This document shows, in pieces, positions 58,674-64,000 of a stretch of 64,000 nucleotides of DNA (its first letter is position 1; every line of letters starts with the position of its first letter). A model generated the notes under the pieces. The model was not told the DNA's origin, made no database searches, and saw nothing but the letters and a program-made list of their open reading frames with translations. Source of the stretch: an uncultured Fibrobacterota bacterium. Lineage in GTDB: Bacteria; Fibrobacterota; Chitinivibrionia; Chitinivibrionales; FEN-1185. The stretch spans positions 96,001-160,000 of the forward strand of contig CAVWBU010000049.1 of the NCBI GenBank assembly GCA_963753345.1, written 5' to 3'. Both the position numbers and the translations under genes were made by a program.

Positions 58674-59769
58674 GTGAACGCAACGGCAACAACAATCGTG
58701 GTGGCGGCGGGCGGAACAGGCGGCCACATTTTTCCGGCGCTCAGCGTGGCGCTCGAGCTGCAAAAGAGGCGGCCCGCGCCGGCGCTTCTGTGGGTGGGCA
58801 CGGGCCGGAGCAGGGAAAAGGAACTGTGTGATGCAAACGGTATTCCGATTATGATTCTTGACGTTGAGGGAATCCGCCGATCCCTGAGCCTCGCCGCGAT
58901 GCGCGCCGCGTTCAGGTTTGTGGCCGCACTTTTTCGCATGTTGTCGCTGTTCGGAAAGTCAAGGCCGCAGGCGGTGGTGGCGTTCGGCGGGTACGTGTGC
59001 GCTCCCGTGCTCGGCGCGGCGCGCTTAAGACGGGTGCCGTATTTCCTGCAGGAGCAGAACACCGTTCCCGGGCTTGTGAACCGGTTTTTCGCAAAGGGCG
59101 CGCGCCGGGCGTTTCTGGGACTGCCGCTTGCAAACGGGCGGACATTGGGCTGCGCGAGCGAAGTGACGGGCACGCCGGTGCGCGTCAGGGCGACATCGTA
59201 CGAAAGGTTCGGCTATCCCGCGGGGTTTTCGAAAACGAAGACGACGGTGCTCATCTGCGGCGGGAGCCAGGGCGCGCAGTCGATGAACGACGCGCTTATC
59301 GCGGTTGTCAAGAAATGGGCGGCGTCGGGCATTCAGGTGGTGTGGCAGACGGGCGCGGCGTCGGTTGAAGCGATTAAAGCGGCATTTGTCAATAACGAAA
59401 GCGTGTTTGTGTTTTCCACGCTCGCCGACCTGTACCCGTACTACGCGGCGGCCCGCGTGGTGGTCGGCAGGGCCGGAGCGTCCACGCTCGCCGAAGCGAG
59501 CCTGTTCGGACTGCCCGCGGTGCTGGTGCCGCTGCCCTGGGCGGCAGAGAATCACCAGTGGTTCAACGCCGGTCTTGCGCAGGAGCAGGGGTGGGCGATC
59601 CGCATTGCGCAAGACAGCGGCACCGGTGCGAATGTGGAGAAAGCAATGGAGAAAATATTGTCGGATAAGAATACCTACGACGCCATGCGCGCCCGGGCGT
59701 TTGAGAACAGCCCTGCGCAGGCGGCGGCTAAGCATTGTCGGCACGGTTGCCAAGGAACTCGGCGTATGA
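58674..59769 (+). CDS. murG: MurG glycosyltransferase; indel near 59730 falsely joins it to murC
   Basis: GGTGGHIFP, FGGYV, EQN..PG..N, GGSQGA, RAGAST. The natural end SIVGTVAKELGV-TGA lies in another frame and overlaps the murC ATG (ATGA). Confidence 0.92.
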
Positions 59770-61145
59770 TCGGCCTTAACAGACGCAACAAGGTGCACTT
59801 TGTGGGCATCGGCGGCGTGGGCATGAGCGGCCTTGCCGAGCTTCTGCGGGCCGCAAACTACCCCGTGACCGGCAGCGACCGGCAGGCCTCCGCCATCACG
59901 AAAAGGCTGGAGTCGCTCGGCATTGCAATACAGTACCATCATACGCCGTCGCTCATCAAGGACGCGGACCTTGCGGTGTACTCCAGCGCCATACGCGAGG
60001 ACAACGCCGAGCGCGTCTTCGCGGCGCAGCACAAAATCCCCCTCATGCGTCGCGCGGAAATGCTGGGCGAGCTCATGCGCATGAAATTCTCGGTGGCGAT
60101 CGCCGGCACGCACGGCAAGACCACCACCACGTCGCTTATCGGGCAGATCCTCAGCGACGCGGGAAAGAAGCCCACGGTGATCGTCGGCGGCATCCTGAAA
60201 CGGCTCGACACCAACGCCATTTCCGGCGCGGGAGACCTTCTGGTCGCGGAGGCCGACGAATTCGACCGGTCGTTCCTCAGGATGTACCCGTCGATTGCCG
60301 TGGTGACGAACATCGAAGAGGACCACCTCGATTGCTATTCGGGAATAGAGGACATCAAGGCCGCGTTCTTGCAGTTTGCCAATCTGGTGCCGTTCTACGG
60401 CGCGCTGGTCGCCTGCGCGGACGATCCGCACGTGCGCGAGATCCTGTCTTCGTATTCCAAGCCGGTCATTACCTATGGAACGGAGCATGAGGCAGACTAC
60501 TTTGCGCGGGACATAACGTTTGCAGGGGGGAAAACTGCGTTTTCGGTGTTCAAAAAGGCCGAACGGCTCGGTGCGCTTGCGCTTGCCATACCCGGACTCC
60601 ACAACGTGAAGAACGCGCTCGCGGCCTGCGCCGTTGCAACGGAGCTTGGCGTTGATTTTAACGGCATCGCGAAAAGCCTGTCCACGTTCGGCGGCGTGAA
60701 GCGCAGGTTCGAGGTTGTCGGCGAGAAACAGGGAATAACGGTCATCGACGATTACGCGCACCACCCGAGCGAGATCCGCGCGACCCTGTCTGCGGCCAAA
60801 AGCGCGGGGTTCGGCAGGGTGGTGGCGGTGTTCCAGCCGCATTTGTACACCCGCACGCGCGATTTCCTGTCCGGGTTTGCGGCCGCGCTGTGCCTGGCCG
60901 ACGAATTCGTGGTGACCGCCATATACAAATCGCGCGAGGAGCCTATCGCGGGCGTGAACGGCCGCGCGATCGTCGACGCCGCGGCCGCGCTGGGCTGCCG
61001 CCAGGCGGCATATGTTGACAGAAAAGAAGACGTGCCGGCCATGCTCGCCCCGAAGCTTAAACGGGGCGACGCCGTGGTGGTGATGGGCGCCGGCGACATC
61101 AACGAGATCTGCAAAGGAATTCTCGAAAGGATCGCGCATGCATAG
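59766..61145 (+). CDS. murC: UDP-MurNAc--L-alanine ligase
   Basis: HFVGIGGVGMSG, AGTHGKTTTT, EADEFDRSFL, DDYAHHP.E, FQPHLYTRT. Confidence 0.95.
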   Translation: MIGLNRRNKVHFVGIGGVGMSGLAELLRAANYPVTGSDRQASAITKRLESLGIAIQYHHTPSLIKDADLAVYSSAIREDNAERVFAAQHKIPLMRRAEMLGELMRMKFSVAIAGTHGKTTTTSLIGQILSDAGKKPTVIVGGILKRLDTNAISGAGDLLVAEADEFDRSFLRMYPSIAVVTNIEEDHLDCYSGIEDIKAAFLQFANLVPFYGALVACADDPHVREILSSYSKPVITYGTEHEADYFARDITFAGGKTAFSVFKKAERLGALALAIPGLHNVKNALAACAVATELGVDFNGIAKSLSTFGGVKRRFEVVGEKQGITVIDDYAHHPSEIRATLSAAKSAGFGRVVAVFQPHLYTRTRDFLSGFAAALCLADEFVVTAIYKSREEPIAGVNGRAIVDAAAALGCRQAAYVDRKEDVPAMLAPKLKRGDAVVVMGAGDINEICKGILERIAHA

Positions 61146-61947
61146 GCGGATGGGCGCGAACAGGCGCAGGATCCACGGTGAGCGCCGGCAAGCGGCCGGG
61201 AGCGCGGTGAAAAAGGCGGCGGCGAGAGCGGCTTCCTTTTCCACCGCTGCCATTGTCGCGGTGTGCGTGTGCGGCGGCGCCGTGATCGGCGCGGTCAAGG
61301 CGGTCGCGTGGGTCAACCGGTCGCCGCTCTTTACCGTTGCGACAATCCGGGTGGAAGGCGCCGTGCGGGTCGACCAGGCCGAGGCGGTGCGGCTTTCGGG
61401 CATCAAGCCCGGCATCCGCATGACCGCGGTGAATCCCCGCGCCTGCGAGCAGGGAATATGCCGCAACGCATGGGTGCGCGGCGCGAAGGTGTCGCGGCAT
61501 TTTCCGAACACCGTGGTTCTGCGGCTCACCGAAAGGACGCCGATAGCGCTTGTCAACGCCGGCCGCGTGCGGTACACCGACGACTGCGGCGTGCTGCTGC
61601 CGCTGTTTGCCTGCACCTATTCGAACCTGCCGGTGGTCTCGGGCCTGGGCCGCGATTCGGCCGGGTGCCTTGCCGGCGCGTCGGTGGCGCGGCTGAAACG
61701 GTTTCTTGACGATTGCAACAATGAGGCCCCGCTGCTGGCGAAAAGGATTTCGCAGATCGATTTTGCGCAGCCCGGCGCGGTGATGCTGAGGATGGAGGAG
61801 CTGGACGCGACGGTGGAAATGAACGACGCCCAGGCGCGGGTCGGGATGCGCAGGCTGGCGCGGCTCGCGGACGTTGCCGCGGCAGGGCCGTCGGCGCAGC
61901 AGAAAAGGATCAACCTGTGCTACGAGAATCTTGCGTTTGTCCAGTAA
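61138..61947 (+). CDS. ftsQ: FtsQ/DivIB cell division protein
   Basis: TM helix plus POTRA (F.V..I.VEG...WV..AKVSR.FP...L.ER.P.A). Confidence 0.85.
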   Translation: MHRRMGANRRRIHGERRQAAGSAVKKAAARAASFSTAAIVAVCVCGGAVIGAVKAVAWVNRSPLFTVATIRVEGAVRVDQAEAVRLSGIKPGIRMTAVNPRACEQGICRNAWVRGAKVSRHFPNTVVLRLTERTPIALVNAGRVRYTDDCGVLLPLFACTYSNLPVVSGLGRDSAGCLAGASVARLKRFLDDCNNEAPLLAKRISQIDFAQPGAVMLRMEELDATVEMNDAQARVGMRRLARLADVAAAGPSAQQKRINLCYENLAFVQ

Positions 61948-62015
61948 CAGGGTGAAATAACCTGTCCCGCCGCGGGGCGGGATGTTTTCATACTTTTTCA
62001 GCGCGGAGGATAAGC

Positions 62016-63254
62016 ATGGAAGACAACACCTTTATCGGCCTCGACATAGGCACAACCAAAATCGCCTGCATCATCTCGGAGCTCGGCGCCAACGACGAGC
62101 TCAAGATCGTGGGCGTCGGCGTAAGCCCGTCGGACGGCCTGCGCAAAGGCGTGGTTGTCAATATCGATAAGACGGTCCATTCGATCCAGAAGGCGGTGGA
62201 GGAGGCCGAGCTCATGGCCGGCATCGACGTGGAATCGGTGTATGTGGGCATCGCCGGCGACCACATACGGGCGATAAACTCCAAAGGCGTGGTGGCGATC
62301 TCGCGCCAGGACAACGAGATCACCGAGCTTGACGTGGTGCGCGCCATCGACGCGGCCAAGGCCGTTTCGATCCCCATGGACCGGGAAATCCTCCACGTGA
62401 TTCCCCAGGAATTCATCGTTGACGACCAGAAGGGCATCAAGGACCCCATCGGCATGTGCGGGGTGCGGCTCGAGACGCAGGTGCACATCATCACCGGCGC
62501 GGTGACGAGCGCCCAGAACATCTACCGGAGCGTCGAGAAGGCGGACCTCAAAGTGCGCGACCTCGTGCTCGAGCCGCTCGCGTCGAGCTATGCGGTGCTG
62601 GAAAAGGACGAGAAGGAGCTCGGCGTGGCGCTCGTCGACATGGGAGGCGGCACCACCGACATCGCGATTTACTTTGACGAAAGCATCCGCCACACCGCGG
62701 TGGTGGGTCTCGGCGGCAAGAACGTGACGAGCGACATCGCCATCGGCATACGGACGCCCATCGAGCGCGCCGAGGAGATCAAGAAGGAACACGGATGCGC
62801 CTACGCGCCGCTGGTGAAGGCCGACCAGTTCATCAGCGTGCCGGGCGTAGGCGGCCGCGAGCAGCGCGAGGTGTCCAAGGCGGTGCTCTCCTCGATCATC
62901 GAGCCGCGTCTCGAGGAGATCCTGTCGCTTGCTTTGCGGGAAATCAAGCGCACCGAATACGCCGACATGCTCGGCGCGGGCGTGGTGCTCACGGGCGGCG
63001 GCGCGCTTATGGACGGCATACAGGAGCTTGCCGAAAAAGTGTTTGAGATGCCGGTGAAGATCGGTTTTCCCACCGGGTTCGGCGGGCTCACCGAGGCGGC
63101 GAAATCCCCCATACACGCCACCGGCGTGGGGCTGTGCATCTACGGGGTCAAGCACGGCAGGGGGACCAAAAAGAGCAAAAAGAGCTTTGGCGGCGAGGAC
63201 AGTTTCAAGAAGATTTTCGAGCACATGAAAGTCTGGGTGAAGGAGTTCTTTTAA
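62016..63254 (+). CDS. ftsA: Cell division protein FtsA
   Basis: GLDIGTTKI, G.RKGVV.NI, DMGGGTTD, VLTGGG. Confidence 0.97.
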   Translation: MEDNTFIGLDIGTTKIACIISELGANDELKIVGVGVSPSDGLRKGVVVNIDKTVHSIQKAVEEAELMAGIDVESVYVGIAGDHIRAINSKGVVAISRQDNEITELDVVRAIDAAKAVSIPMDREILHVIPQEFIVDDQKGIKDPIGMCGVRLETQVHIITGAVTSAQNIYRSVEKADLKVRDLVLEPLASSYAVLEKDEKELGVALVDMGGGTTDIAIYFDESIRHTAVVGLGGKNVTSDIAIGIRTPIERAEEIKKEHGCAYAPLVKADQFISVPGVGGREQREVSKAVLSSIIEPRLEEILSLALREIKRTEYADMLGAGVVLTGGGALMDGIQELAEKVFEMPVKIGFPTGFGGLTEAAKSPIHATGVGLCIYGVKHGRGTKKSKKSFGGEDSFKKIFEHMKVWVKEFF

Positions 63255-63320
63255 TTGCCCTATGAGAACACCATCGACGATTGATTGCCATACACACCAA
63301 ACCTTCAGAAGGGGGTTGTT

Positions 63321-64000
63321 ATGATCTTTTCATTGGATGAAGACTTTGGCGCCAAGGCCAAGATGAAGGTCATCGGCGTCGGAGGAGCAGGCGGAAACGC
63401 CGTGAACCGCATGGTGGCGGCCGGCTTGAGCGGCGTGGAGTTCATCGCGATCAACACCGACGCGATGGCGCTTGACAACAACAAAGCGGACAACCGCGTC
63501 CAGATCGGCGACAAGATCACCAAGGGTCTCGGCGCAGGAGCCAACCCCGAGATCGGCCGCATCGCCATGGAGGAGGACCGCGAGAAGGTGGCGGCGATGC
63601 TCGAAGGCGCGGACATGGTGTTCATCACCGCAGGCATGGGCGGCGGGACGGGCACGGGCGGCGCGCCCGTGGTGGCCGAAATCGCGCGCGAGCTCGGCAT
63701 TCTCACGGTTGCCATCGTGACAAGGCCCTTTCTGTTTGAGGGCAAGGTCCGCGACCGCAACGCGCGCAAGGGCATCGACGATCTGCGCAAGAGCGTGGAC
63801 ACCATCATCGTGATCCCCAACCAGAAGCTGCTTTCCATTGTGGACCGCACCACGTCGCTCATCGACGCCTTCAAGATCGCCGACGACGTGCTGTACCAGG
63901 CGACCAAGGGCATTTCCGACCTCATCTCGGTGCACGGACTCGTCAACCTGGACTTTGCCGACGTGCGCACCATCATGAACGGCATGGGCGACGCGCTCAT
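63321..64000 (+). CDS. ftsZ: Cell division protein FtsZ (truncated by window end)
   Basis: ATG 63321: [41 protein letters not shown]. Absent from the ORF track because no stop lies in the window. Confidence 0.97.
   Translation, partial: MIFSLDEDFGAKAKMKVIGVGGAGGNAVNRMVAAGLSGVEFIAINTDAMALDNNKADNRVQIGDKITKGLGAGANPEIGRIAMEEDREKVAAMLEGADMVFITAGMGGGTGTGGAPVVAEIARELGILTVAIVTRPFLFEGKVRDRNARKGIDDLRKSVDTIIVIPNQKLLSIVDRTTSLIDAFKIADDVLYQATKGISDLISVHGLVNLDFADVRTIMNGMGDAL

Noticed and set aside
58653-61145. Apparent 830-aa MurG-MurC fusion in the ORF track
   Set aside because: A single indel near 59730 explains it: the natural MurG end (SIVGTVAKELGV-TGA) lies in another frame and overlaps the murC ATG as ATGA.
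59025-64000. Long antisense ORFs (863 aa at 59025-61616, 408 aa at 61998-63224, 231 aa at 63305-64000, and similar ones elsewhere)
   Set aside because: Shadow frames of GC-rich genes with clear motifs on the opposite strand.

Overview
GC-rich bacterial chromosome segment, probably FCB superphylum and Fibrobacterota-like. That placement is inferred from several secreted proteins with T9SS-type C-terminal sorting domains and was not tested by any search. The left third is accessory: secreted proteins, radC, a TonB-dependent receptor, a PaaK-like ligase, a GT2-DUF2062 gene, and a signalling block with an NtrC-type activator and three sigma54 promoters. The middle is housekeeping (trxB, rpmB, trpBA, lepA, argS, rsfS, panD and others). 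The right end is the dcw cluster from mraZ to a truncated ftsZ. The most striking unexplained signal is non-coding. Two families of dispersed, highly structured repeats occur: family A (about 150 nt, 6 copies) and family B (about 185 nt, 5 copies). Both show compensatory base changes between copies, GNA triloops and a shared CGAG/CGAG motif, and they assemble with 7/8-mer TCAAC tandem tracts into composite cassettes. Other oddities are a 20-aa Lys/Arg peptide gene with its own promoter, RBS and terminator; a MurF-MurD fusion with mraY missing; a signal peptidase I homologue lacking its catalytic residues; a zinc-finger/TM-anchored ClpP; tandem NrdR-like boxes before mraZ; and an ArgRS with a degenerate HIGH motif. 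About ten single-base frameshifts, including in murG and trpB, most likely reflect assembly indels.
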